A DNA stretch of 25,085 nt from an uncultured bacterium (GCA_965662845.1 CBFIJD010000041.1:1-25085), one strand, 5' to 3'. Counted from the first letter of the stretch, positions 1 through 8,276 are shown. The notes: generated by a model not told the origin, from the letters alone. Numbers and translations are program-made.

Positions 1-269
1 ACGGGGCGTTGCTCTGCAGCGTAAAAGCGAGGGCCTTGGATGATGTGATCTCCTGAGCTGACAAAGAGCGTGTTGGGGCCGTGCACCGGATCTCTGCGGA
101 AGGCGTCCACTAGAGCCGAGAATTCATCAACGCTGGAGAGCGCACTCTGCTCGTTTCCGTCCACATCGGCAAAATGCAACAGTTGAAGAGTGAACTCGCC
201 AGCATAGACGGGGGTGCTGAGAAGGGCGGCGCTCAGGGCCGTCAGCATCCGTTTTTTGAATGTTTTCAT
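1..269 (-). CDS. 5'-nucleotidase/UshA-like calcineurin-type metallophosphoesterase, N-terminal part (runs off window edge)
   Basis: Not in the ORF track. Manual translation from ATG at 269 gives MKTFKKRMLTALSAALLSTPVYA-GEFTLQLLHFADVDGNEQSALSSVDEFSALVDAFRRDPVHGPNTLFVSSGDHIIQGPRFYAAEQRP. It has a signal peptide and closely matches the N-terminal domain of the adjacent 353..3952 protein. Confidence 0.88.
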   Translation of the reverse strand, partial: MKTFKKRMLTALSAALLSTPVYAGEFTLQLLHFADVDGNEQSALSSVDEFSALVDAFRRDPVHGPNTLFVSSGDHIIQGPRFYAAEQRP

Positions 270-299
270 CGTGACTTTTCACGGGAGTGTTGAGAGCGA

Positions 300-338
300 G
301 TGATGAACCACCTCAGCGCACTGCGGACGGTTCATCAC
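300..338. other. Intergenic stem-loop (10-bp perfect outer stem), possible mRNA stability/processing element
   Basis: GTGATGAACC (300-309) pairs with GGTTCATCAC (329-338), just after the stop of 353..3952. There is no U-tract on the coding strand. Confidence 0.55.
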
Positions 339-352
339 CTGCGGGAGAAAGA

Positions 353-3300
353 TTACTGGATTTCGTAAACGACGGTGCTGCCGCTCACTTCGTTGCCAGA
401 GATGAGCAACGCCTTTCCTGTTGGGCTGTCACTTGCGCTGACGAACTTCAGGCTCTCAGGGCCCAAGTCTCCGCCGACGCCGGCAGCCAACGTTGCGTCA
501 AAATCACGGTTATTGATGTAGTGCACAAACTTCGCATCGGCCGGCGTGCTCACGTCATACACCACAATGCCCCCAACACGCTCGAGCCCGATGAACGCGT
601 AGGTCGTAGAGTCCACCGTACCGACTGCGATCGCTTCTGGTTCGGGGCCTTTGTCATCACTCCGACTGTCAAAGCTGTCATTCTCATCGTTGTTGGAGTT
701 AAACCCGTTCTGCAGATATTGGGCGGTGATGCGCTCCAGCTCACTGCCGCTATCGAACACGAGCGCGCCAGTGGCATCCCAGATGGAGAACGAGCGCGCC
801 CCATAAGCGTAAAGCTCGTCGTAGTCGCCATCGTCGTCGGTGTCACCAAGCGTTGTGGTGATCTTGAGGCGCCCGAGTTGGTCGTCGGCTTGGAGCGTCG
901 CAGCGGTTGGGAAGGCCGTGGCGTCCAGAGTGACGTCTTTAACGCGGGCTTCTTCCGAGAAGAATGTGTAGTCGCGTGCGTCGCCCTCGTTCGCGGTGAA
1001 GTAGTAGCTGGAGCCTCCAATCGTCGCGCTCACGATGGTGTCTGGCTGATACATCCCTTTCAGGTTGTCCCACGTGTTGAGCTGAATCTTGTCATCACGG
1101 TTGCTCACATCCAGCTCGTTCGGCGCCACGCTGTGATCTTTGAAGCCGAGCGCCTTCACGTCTGTCAGCGTATTGGTGGAGAGATCCACAATCGCCACGG
1201 CGTTGTTCTCTTGGAGAGCCACCCAAGCCGTGTTGCCGTCTTCACTGATCGCGACGTATTCGGGCTCAAGGTCCTGCGCAGCGGTCGAGTTTGGAGTAAA
1301 CACGCGGACATCCGTTGGGATCGCGGTGTTGTAGGCCGTAAACGTGAGGTTTGTGACGCTGTTGTTGTCCAAGGCGGTTACGTCGCTCACGTCGATGATG
1401 CTGATAGACCCTTCAGGATCATCAGTCCCATTGTCTAAGGGTTCTCCTTCGTTCGCGACCACGACTTTGGTTCCGGCAGGGTTGAAGAGTAGCGCATCGG
1501 GGAGCACGCCAACGGGGAGCGCCTGAACGAAGCTCAAATTATCCGCGTGGAAGAAGGCGACCGCGCCGTTGCTGCTCTTGGTGCTGTGTTCCACCGCGAC
1601 CGCGACCACACCGTTCTTCACATCGACGCTGTTGAATCCCGCGATGGTGGTGTTGTCCAGCCCGCTCGGGTTCCCGGCGGCGATGTCGTCCTTCGAGATG
1701 GTGCCGTAGGAAGACAAACTTCCGTCACTGGCCATGCTCAGCACATCAACTTGCCCCGCCTGCGCGTTCACGACAAACAGTCGGTCGTTGTCTTTATCGA
1801 AGGCGACAATCTCGGCGGCAGAGACGTCGAATGTGTTGGATTCGTAGCGCCCCACTTCCGTCATTTGAAAGCCAGCAGAAGCGTCTAAATCGGTGAGATC
1901 GGCGTTTGTCTGTTCGGCGAGGTTGACGATGTGGTAGTCGAACTCAGCGGAGGTTTCAGCTTTGTTGTATGCCGAAGCCGCGTCTGGGTGGAAGGTTTTG
2001 AGATACTCCGCGAAGGCGTCTTGTTCACCGCCTGTGTAGCTGAAGCTTGAATTGTTGCCTGGGTCGTTGGTTAGCGTCGCGTCTGGATAATCAGTGCTTT
2101 CGCCAAAGCCAGCACCTTCATATAGGTTAACGCGGTCGGGGTTGCTCAATTGGTCGAAAGGATAGGCATCTCCTCCGTTTGCCAAGAAATTCAGGGTCAC
2201 TAGGCGGAAGTTGCTATTGTCCACGACAGAGCCATCTTCTACGACCGGGGTGATCGTTCCATTATCATCTATGATCACTAGGTCACGGATTCGTTCTCCG
2301 TTCCCAACCTCTGTACGTGCGGTTCGTGTTGTGTCGTAAGTGAAGCGCATTCCAGCAACTTGTGGGAACTGTCCTGGAGTGGCGCCGTCCGCAGTGGCAG
2401 CAACAGCGTGCTCCAGCAAATCCTTCAACTCTGAACCTGTCACATTGATTAAGACTAGGCCGTTGTCAAAGCGGAGCGTCGCTCGCAAATGGCCTTCAGA
2501 CACGGCTCCTGCGGCTGTCCCAGCTTCGGTGTTAGCAGCTGGAGGCAAAAGTACCGCTTCGCTGTAGTCGGTTGAACCGGGTGGCACGACCGCAGAACCG
2601 ATCTCGGTGCGCAAGCCTCCGCCATTCTTCAGTGAGACGTGTACTGTGCCATTGTCATAAAGTGTGTTCGCGTACCATAGGTTCGCATCCGCGCTGAGAT
2701 TACCAAGATTGGTTTCTTCTGTACGAACTTGGCTGCGGCGTCCATCCAAGTATGTGTCCGTATAGCCGACGACATTTCCATACTGAGCCGTAATTACGGT
2801 CTGAATCGCGTCACGGATCGCAACAACCTCGCTGTTCACGGTACCCCCAACTTGAGCGACCACAGCTGATGTGGCGGCATAAGCGCCATTTACGGTTGAG
2901 TCCAAGCTATCAGTGTCAATGACCCCATTGTTATCAAAGTCGACAACGAGCCGACCCAAGTATTTGTAATCGGCGTCAACGTTGACGACTAAGGTCGGAT
3001 TACCAGAAGCGTCGGTGGTTTGATATGGATACGATTCCGCAAAATCGCTATCTGTCACGTATGTTCCAGAGAACAATGTGTCGTTGCTGTCGCCCATACG
3101 AGTATTGGAGCCGCCTGCCACGATAATATCAACGCCGTCTAGCGCTTCTGCCATCGCTTTTTCTACAGCGATTTGCTGCATGTGCGCGAGCACAACAATC
3201 TTATTCACACCTTGCTCTTCCAGAAGATCTACCGCAGGTTGAATCGCGGCAGCAATCTCTGCTGCTGTCGCAGATGTGTCGCTCGGTGAAATCACCAAGT

Positions 3301-3952
3301 CACCGATACTTGTAATCGTAGAGAGTGTCGGAGTAGCCGCCCCTACAATTCCAATTGATTCTCCACCGATAGTGGCGATCGCGTAGCCCGCAACCTGTCC
3401 TCGCATATTCGCGACGTTGTCGCCGTTCGTTCCGATGGTAAAATCCGGCTCGCTGCTGAAGTCAATATTCGCCGACAAATGAGGAAACTCGGCTGTCGAG
3501 GCGTTGTCTGCATAAATCGCGTCGGCGAGTTCGCCAGGGCCGGCGTCCAGATCATGATTCCCCACGTTTGCCGCGTGAACGCCCATTGCATTCATCAGCG
3601 CAATATCCGCGTGCCCGGGCTCATTGCTATCGGTCACATTCTCAACAGCGTCTTGTTCAGCAGCGTAAAAGCGGGGCCCTTGGATGATATGATCGCCCGA
3701 ACTCACAAACAGAGTATTCGCTCCATATGTCGCGTCGCTCTTGAAAGCATTTACTAGCGCAGAGAACTCATCCACGCTGTCGAGGGCGCTCTCTTCGTTG
3801 CCATCCACATCTGAAAAATGCAGCAGCTGTAAAGTGAAAGCATCATCTGTCGTGGAACTTGTGTTGTTGTCATCGTCATCGCTGGTGGCACATGACGCCG
3901 TCATCAATGCTACGGCTAAAGCACCCAGCATTAGTTTTTTGAATTTATTCAT
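353..3952 (-). CDS. Exported lipoprotein: 5'-nucleotidase/alkaline phosphatase (metallophosphoesterase + 5'-nucleotidase C-terminal domain) fused to a choice-of-anchor I beta-propeller domain; 1199 aa
   Basis: Start moved to ATG 3952 (MNKFKK; AGGAG upstream; lipobox-like MTAS-C). Motifs: LLHFSD, SSGD, GNHD, LAH, AGGSNT, VRTEETNLGNL, KNGGGLR, GQFPQVAG, FLANGGDAY. C-terminal part: SAAEIVAFD, VANEGEP, DLEPEY, MYQPD, GARSFSIW, SRSDDKGPEPE, GLER, GNEVSG. Confidence 0.88.
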   Translation of the reverse strand: MNKFKKLMLGALAVALMTASCATSDDDDNNTSSTTDDAFTLQLLHFSDVDGNEESALDSVDEFSALVNAFKSDATYGANTLFVSSGDHIIQGPRFYAAEQDAVENVTDSNEPGHADIALMNAMGVHAANVGNHDLDAGPGELADAIYADNASTAEFPHLSANIDFSSEPDFTIGTNGDNVANMRGQVAGYAIATIGGESIGIVGAATPTLSTITSIGDLVISPSDTSATAAEIAAAIQPAVDLLEEQGVNKIVVLAHMQQIAVEKAMAEALDGVDIIVAGGSNTRMGDSNDTLFSGTYVTDSDFAESYPYQTTDASGNPTLVVNVDADYKYLGRLVVDFDNNGVIDTDSLDSTVNGAYAATSAVVAQVGGTVNSEVVAIRDAIQTVITAQYGNVVGYTDTYLDGRRSQVRTEETNLGNLSADANLWYANTLYDNGTVHVSLKNGGGLRTEIGSAVVPPGSTDYSEAVLLPPAANTEAGTAAGAVSEGHLRATLRFDNGLVLINVTGSELKDLLEHAVAATADGATPGQFPQVAGMRFTYDTTRTARTEVGNGERIRDLVIIDDNGTITPVVEDGSVVDNSNFRLVTLNFLANGGDAYPFDQLSNPDRVNLYEGAGFGESTDYPDATLTNDPGNNSSFSYTGGEQDAFAEYLKTFHPDAASAYNKAETSAEFDYHIVNLAEQTNADLTDLDASAGFQMTEVGRYESNTFDVSAAEIVAFDKDNDRLFVVNAQAGQVDVLSMASDGSLSSYGTISKDDIAAGNPSGLDNTTIAGFNSVDVKNGVVAVAVEHSTKSSNGAVAFFHADNLSFVQALPVGVLPDALLFNPAGTKVVVANEGEPLDNGTDDPEGSISIIDVSDVTALDNNSVTNLTFTAYNTAIPTDVRVFTPNSTAAQDLEPEYVAISEDGNTAWVALQENNAVAIVDLSTNTLTDVKALGFKDHSVAPNELDVSNRDDKIQLNTWDNLKGMYQPDTIVSATIGGSSYYFTANEGDARDYTFFSEEARVKDVTLDATAFPTAATLQADDQLGRLKITTTLGDTDDDGDYDELYAYGARSFSIWDATGALVFDSGSELERITAQYLQNGFNSNNDENDSFDSRSDDKGPEPEAIAVGTVDSTTYAFIGLERVGGIVVYDVSTPADAKFVHYINNRDFDATLAAGVGGDLGPESLKFVSASDSPTGKALLISGNEVSGSTVVYEIQ

Positions 3953-3989
3953 GGGAATGACTCCTGTTGGAATGGTGCGCTGACACGCT

Positions 3990-4019
3990 AAGAAAGAGAG
4001 CCTCTTGCAGCAGAGGCTC
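3990..4019 (-). terminator. Probable intrinsic terminator or attenuating hairpin after the PhoX-like gene
   Basis: GAGCCTCT (3998-4005) and AGAGGCTC (4012-4019) form an 8-bp stem with a 6-nt loop, followed on the minus strand by TCTTTCTT. Confidence 0.55.
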
Positions 4020-4127
4020 CTCTCGTGGCGATTCGTTCTGTACGCCAGAGGACAAACAGTAGCAGCGCTCATTAGAGACAGAAAGCACACAGCCCAAACC
4101 ATGTGCCTTCTGATAGGTTAGAGAAAA

Positions 4128-6248
4128 TTAGTTGGTAGGAATGTTCTCTGGGCTAAACAAGAAGACTTGTCCTCCAGCATCCGCCTTCACCTCGGCCACG
4201 GCACCGCCAGAGTCTGTGCGGTGTTGCACTACTCCGATTAACGATGACCCAGCCAAAGAGACGCTCTCGTTGACGTCTTGCTCACCTTGACCTTCTAGCT
4301 CCTGTTCTGTGTAGAAGGTTCCGTCTGCCTTCTTAGCGACCAAGGCCGTCACATTCCATGTGCCAGAAAATTCAGCGGATGTGGGGCCTGACTCTCTGAC
4401 AGCACCACCGTAAGCAGATGCGTTGTCGGCTCCACGTGGGTTGTCGCTACCGCCGGCCATCGCTAAGAAATGGCCCGTGTTAGCGGTCTTCAACTGCAAC
4501 GTTGCAGGGTCTAGCACTAGCGCATATTTACGCTCTCCATAATCGTTGCCGGAATCCTCATCTACGATCAGCACATCAGCGTCTGAGGTTTTGATCCACT
4601 GGAGACCATCGGGGGCGACCATCTTGGCGGCGTCAGCTTCGATATGCTTCGCAGCAGTAGCGCTTGGATCGTCTCCATGACCGATACCTTTCCCTCCCAC
4701 TTCTAACGTAAGAGATCCGTCTACAGCTGAGATGATTCTTGTTACGTCTGCCGAGACTGAAGCAGGCAAATCGCCTCCCGCGACCTCGTTTACAAAGTCT
4801 GTCAGTTCAACTCCAACCAGAGCCCCTTCATTCGTCATGTTTTGCACATAGCGCTGCTTGGTATCGTCAGGATCTACAGCTGGGTGCTCAGTCTTCGTGT
4901 TGGCGTTCAAGAAGGTGTGATTGTCGGGTTGCTCATTAGCATCAATCCACAGGCTGATTTCCGTATCGCCTACAGAGACGTTGTTGTCCCACCCTGCCCA
5001 TTGATAGCTCGTCGGGAAAAACTTGACCGAGAAGTTGTTGGGAGCGCTCGCATCTTTCAGATATTCGTCCATCATCTCGGCCGTGAGGTTGTCATTAGTG
5101 ATGTTCAGGTTCGCGAACTCACTATTTTCCAAGGCCATACCGTAAATCTTACCGTACAGCAGACCATTGCGTGCGAGGAACTTATCCCGCTCAGACACGT
5201 TAGGATCATTTTGATCGACGGCTTGATTATTCCAGTCTACCCCTTTCTTGCCGACATAGATTCGCAGGGGCGCTACGTTTTTGTAGTGATTGTAGCCAGC
5301 GAGGACCATGACTACATAATCTTCATGTTTCGGATTGATCGGAAGGATTTTCTCGTAGCCAGACTGACCTAAACTCGGCACTGCATAAGCGGTTTTATTG
5401 GCAATGTCGACCACCATTGAGGCGAGGCCAAGCGTATCGTTTGTGTCGATTCCTGTGTCGGAGAACATGCTGCTGATGTTCCACTCTTCGGCGGTTAGCC
5501 AAACGTCATCGGCTAAACCGATTCCGTTGCCATACTTGTGAGCCTTTTCATAGTAAGCGCCGCAGAAAGACTGAAAGAAAAAATCACCTTCAGTGAGTTG
5601 CATGCTAGCGGCAAAGTTTACGACTGTTCCATCCGGATAAGTTTGATTACCCCACTTGCCCCCATCTGCTTTCGGTGTAACCACGTCCCCAAATTGGTTG
5701 TAAACCGTGCTGAACAAATGACCGGTTGTTTTAACCATGTCACTCGCTGGAGCTTCATTGGCTAAAAAGTCAGCAAACTTAGTTCGGTCGTAGTCGATAG
5801 TGTGGATGTGGGACCCCGTAAATTTCACACCACTCGCCATCTCCCAGCCATAGGTCTCGTTGCTCATCGTAGAGTAAGATTCGGACTGATACGCGACGCG
5901 GATGGTGTTGTGATCTTCTAGCCACGCAGCGTGCCCATCAGGGTAACCGGTCAGCGCAAGTCCGGTCGCATCGTCGTACTCACCAATAGTTGCGATTGGT
6001 TTCATCGCGTCAATGTAGGGGAAGTCTGTGTCGCCGCTCTGGCCATCAACACGCTCGCTAGCGTCATCTGCCGTGCTGGCTTCTGGAATGAGCGCCGTGA
6101 CTTCACCAATCGCTTTGACACTGGTGTCAACTGTTACAGTTGGGGTGGTGTCGACTGTGTTGTTGTTGTCATCGTCGTCTGATGCACAGGCCGTGACCAA
6201 CAACGCGGCGCTGATCGCGCTCAACATCAATTTTTGGAACTTATTCAT
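4128..6248 (-). CDS. Exported lipoprotein, divergent PhoX-like (atypical) alkaline phosphatase; 706 aa
   Basis: Lipoprotein signal (LVTA-C). Motifs occur in PhoX-like order: GYPDG, QSES, SFC, TAEEW, GYEK, KTEH, PDGL, DEDSG, AEFSG. The gene lies between two recognisable phosphatases. Confidence 0.65.
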   Translation of the reverse strand: MNKFQKLMLSAISAALLVTACASDDDDNNNTVDTTPTVTVDTSVKAIGEVTALIPEASTADDASERVDGQSGDTDFPYIDAMKPIATIGEYDDATGLALTGYPDGHAAWLEDHNTIRVAYQSESYSTMSNETYGWEMASGVKFTGSHIHTIDYDRTKFADFLANEAPASDMVKTTGHLFSTVYNQFGDVVTPKADGGKWGNQTYPDGTVVNFAASMQLTEGDFFFQSFCGAYYEKAHKYGNGIGLADDVWLTAEEWNISSMFSDTGIDTNDTLGLASMVVDIANKTAYAVPSLGQSGYEKILPINPKHEDYVVMVLAGYNHYKNVAPLRIYVGKKGVDWNNQAVDQNDPNVSERDKFLARNGLLYGKIYGMALENSEFANLNITNDNLTAEMMDEYLKDASAPNNFSVKFFPTSYQWAGWDNNVSVGDTEISLWIDANEQPDNHTFLNANTKTEHPAVDPDDTKQRYVQNMTNEGALVGVELTDFVNEVAGGDLPASVSADVTRIISAVDGSLTLEVGGKGIGHGDDPSATAAKHIEADAAKMVAPDGLQWIKTSDADVLIVDEDSGNDYGERKYALVLDPATLQLKTANTGHFLAMAGGSDNPRGADNASAYGGAVRESGPTSAEFSGTWNVTALVAKKADGTFYTEQELEGQGEQDVNESVSLAGSSLIGVVQHRTDSGGAVAEVKADAGGQVFLFSPENIPTN

Positions 6249-6273
6249 AAGGACTCTTTTCAGAGAAGGGTGT

Positions 6274-6320
6274 GACGCTTTTGCGTCGAGATGCAGAAGA
6301 CACCGAACGGAGCGTCTTCT
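6274..6320. other. Two small intergenic hairpins between phoD and the PhoX-like gene
   Basis: GACGC-TTTT-GCGTC (6274-6287) and AGAAGAC...GTCTTCT (6295-6320). Confidence 0.35.
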
Positions 6321-6329
6321 AGTGAACCG

Positions 6330-8276
6330 TTACGGCACGCTAATCGTGCGCGTCCCAGCTTGAACGACCGCCGTTTCGGTGGAAGAGATCGTGTAGTCTT
6401 GGCTGTTGACCCCCGAGACGAAGCGCCACTCGTTGGTGACGTTGTCTGGGGTGATCGTGACGAGCATGTAGCCGCGGTCGGTGATGTTCATGAACTGCAT
6501 ACGAGAATTCGCAGTGGTGCCGTCGGGGCTGTTGATTGCCTGCACTCCCGCGATTGTCTCCAGCGTTGTCGGGTCAGCGGAAGTCAGCGGAGACAGTGTG
6601 GTCGCCAAGTATTCCTCTAATCCTGGCGCGGAGACTCCGGGCGTCGCCAGCTCTACCCCGATGAAGTCTGTCGCGTTGTCGCCGATCAGCTGATTTCCCC
6701 ACGCGTTGTGCGTGTCCCCGCTGAGCACGATCGGGTTATTCGCTTGCTTGAGCACGTCATAAAACTTGCGCTGTGCCTCTCCGTAGCCATCCCACGCGTC
6801 CCAGTTGTAAGGCTGTCCATAAGCTCCGGTGTAGACGGCGAGGATTTGTGCTTGCTGCGTCTCAGAGAGTCCTGCCAGCGCTTGTTGCAAGGTCGCGGCG
6901 TCCATACTTAAGTAGCTCAAGTAGTCCGTCACGTTGTCGCTACCGAGCAGATAATTGGGGGAGTCCACCTGAGCTGCGATGATCTGCTGCCCGAAGATCT
7001 GCCAAGTTTCCGTGCTGTTGCTCACTTGCTCGTCTAACCATGTCTCTTGGGTAGCGCCCAGCAAGCTACGACTAGAGTCACTCAGCACCGCATCCATCGC
7101 TACTTGGGAGCCTTGGAGCAAACCGAACTGCGCCGGATAGGTCAGATTTCCCTGCCCTGTCAGGAACGCCGTGAGGTTGTCATAAGGGTTGACAGGTGTG
7201 ACGTTGTCAGAGTCTAGGAACGCCTGCGGGTTGTGGTTGGCGAGGATTGTGTTGACCTGTGAGATCTGCTGATCGCGCCCAGCGATGCGAGTATCGAGCA
7301 TGACCAAGCTCGCTAGATCGCCGAAGTCAAAGCTGCGATAGATGCGCTCGCGGTCTTCCGTGCCGTTCGCAGCATAAGTCCGGATTGGCATCCACTCGTG
7401 ATAAGCCTGCAGCGCGACGGCTTTGCGGTCTGTCCAAGAGCCTTCAGTGGTCTCGTCGTGATTTTCCGCGCCGTCTCTCCAAGCGTCATTGGCGGTCTCG
7501 TGGTCATCCCACACGGTGATAAACGGCACTTTGCGATGCAGCTCTTGCAAGTCCGCGTCTTGTTTGTATTGCCCGTGGCGCGTGCGATAGTCAGCCAGCG
7601 TCAGCAGCTCGTTGGCTGGAGAAAAGAGCAGAGGATCGGTGTTGTTGTCGCCACGTCCCACCAGCGAAGGGTAGCCGTCCGGCCCATACTCATAGAAGTA
7701 GTCGCCTAAGTGGATCACGGCGTTCAAGTCGCTTTGCTTCGCAGCGTCATCGTAAGGGTTGAAGTAGCCTTTGGGGTAGTTCGCACAGGAGAAGACCGCG
7801 AACCTGAGCTGCTCGACGCTCGCGTTGGCGGCGGGGAGCGTGCGGGTGTGCCCGACGACGGAGTTCGTGTCGCCGACGGTGAAGCGGTAGGTGTATTGGG
7901 TGTCGGCGTTGAGGTTGTCGGCGTCCACCTTGACGGTGTAGTCGCGAGCGGCGTTGGTGGTGAAGGTGCCTGAAGCCACTACGTTGCTCATGGTCTCGTC
8001 TGTCGCGTTGTCTTTGGTAGCGATTTCCCACGTCACGGCCACCTCGCTCACGTTGTCCGAGGGCGTCACACGAGTCCACAAGATCACGCCGTCGGCTTCG
8101 GGATCACCGCTCGCGACTCCGTAATCAAAAGCGTAGGTCGTCGTTGTTTCTTTGTTGTCGTTGTCATCATCGGAGGCCGCGCAGCTGACGGTCAGCCCAA
8201 TCACCGCGCTGGCAACCAGAAAGTGTACGGCCCAGCGCCGCAAGGAGAACGTAGCTAGAGAAGATTGAGATCGCAT
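6330..8276 (-). CDS. phoD: Alkaline phosphatase D (PhoD), lipoprotein; 648 aa
   Basis: Motifs FDYGVASGDP, VILWTR, FSCANY, HLGDYFYEY, WDDHETAND, LDTR, DAWDGY, LSGDTH. The signal has an RR pair and a lipobox-like LTVS-C. Confidence 0.93.
   Translation of the reverse strand: MRSQSSLATFSLRRWAVHFLVASAVIGLTVSCAASDDDNDNKETTTTYAFDYGVASGDPEADGVILWTRVTPSDNVSEVAVTWEIATKDNATDETMSNVVASGTFTTNAARDYTVKVDADNLNADTQYTYRFTVGDTNSVVGHTRTLPAANASVEQLRFAVFSCANYPKGYFNPYDDAAKQSDLNAVIHLGDYFYEYGPDGYPSLVGRGDNNTDPLLFSPANELLTLADYRTRHGQYKQDADLQELHRKVPFITVWDDHETANDAWRDGAENHDETTEGSWTDRKAVALQAYHEWMPIRTYAANGTEDRERIYRSFDFGDLASLVMLDTRIAGRDQQISQVNTILANHNPQAFLDSDNVTPVNPYDNLTAFLTGQGNLTYPAQFGLLQGSQVAMDAVLSDSSRSLLGATQETWLDEQVSNSTETWQIFGQQIIAAQVDSPNYLLGSDNVTDYLSYLSMDAATLQQALAGLSETQQAQILAVYTGAYGQPYNWDAWDGYGEAQRKFYDVLKQANNPIVLSGDTHNAWGNQLIGDNATDFIGVELATPGVSAPGLEEYLATTLSPLTSADPTTLETIAGVQAINSPDGTTANSRMQFMNITDRGYMLVTITPDNVTNEWRFVSGVNSQDYTISSTETAVVQAGTRTISVP

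Noticed and set aside
287..1438. 383-aa plus-strand ORF
   Set aside because: Antisense shadow of the phosphatase gene. It has no recognisable motifs and is explained by codon bias on the coding strand.
3953..4102. 50-aa N-terminal extension of the 1249-aa ORF
   Set aside because: The RBS and lipoprotein signal point to ATG 3952, and the extension overlaps a terminator-like hairpin.
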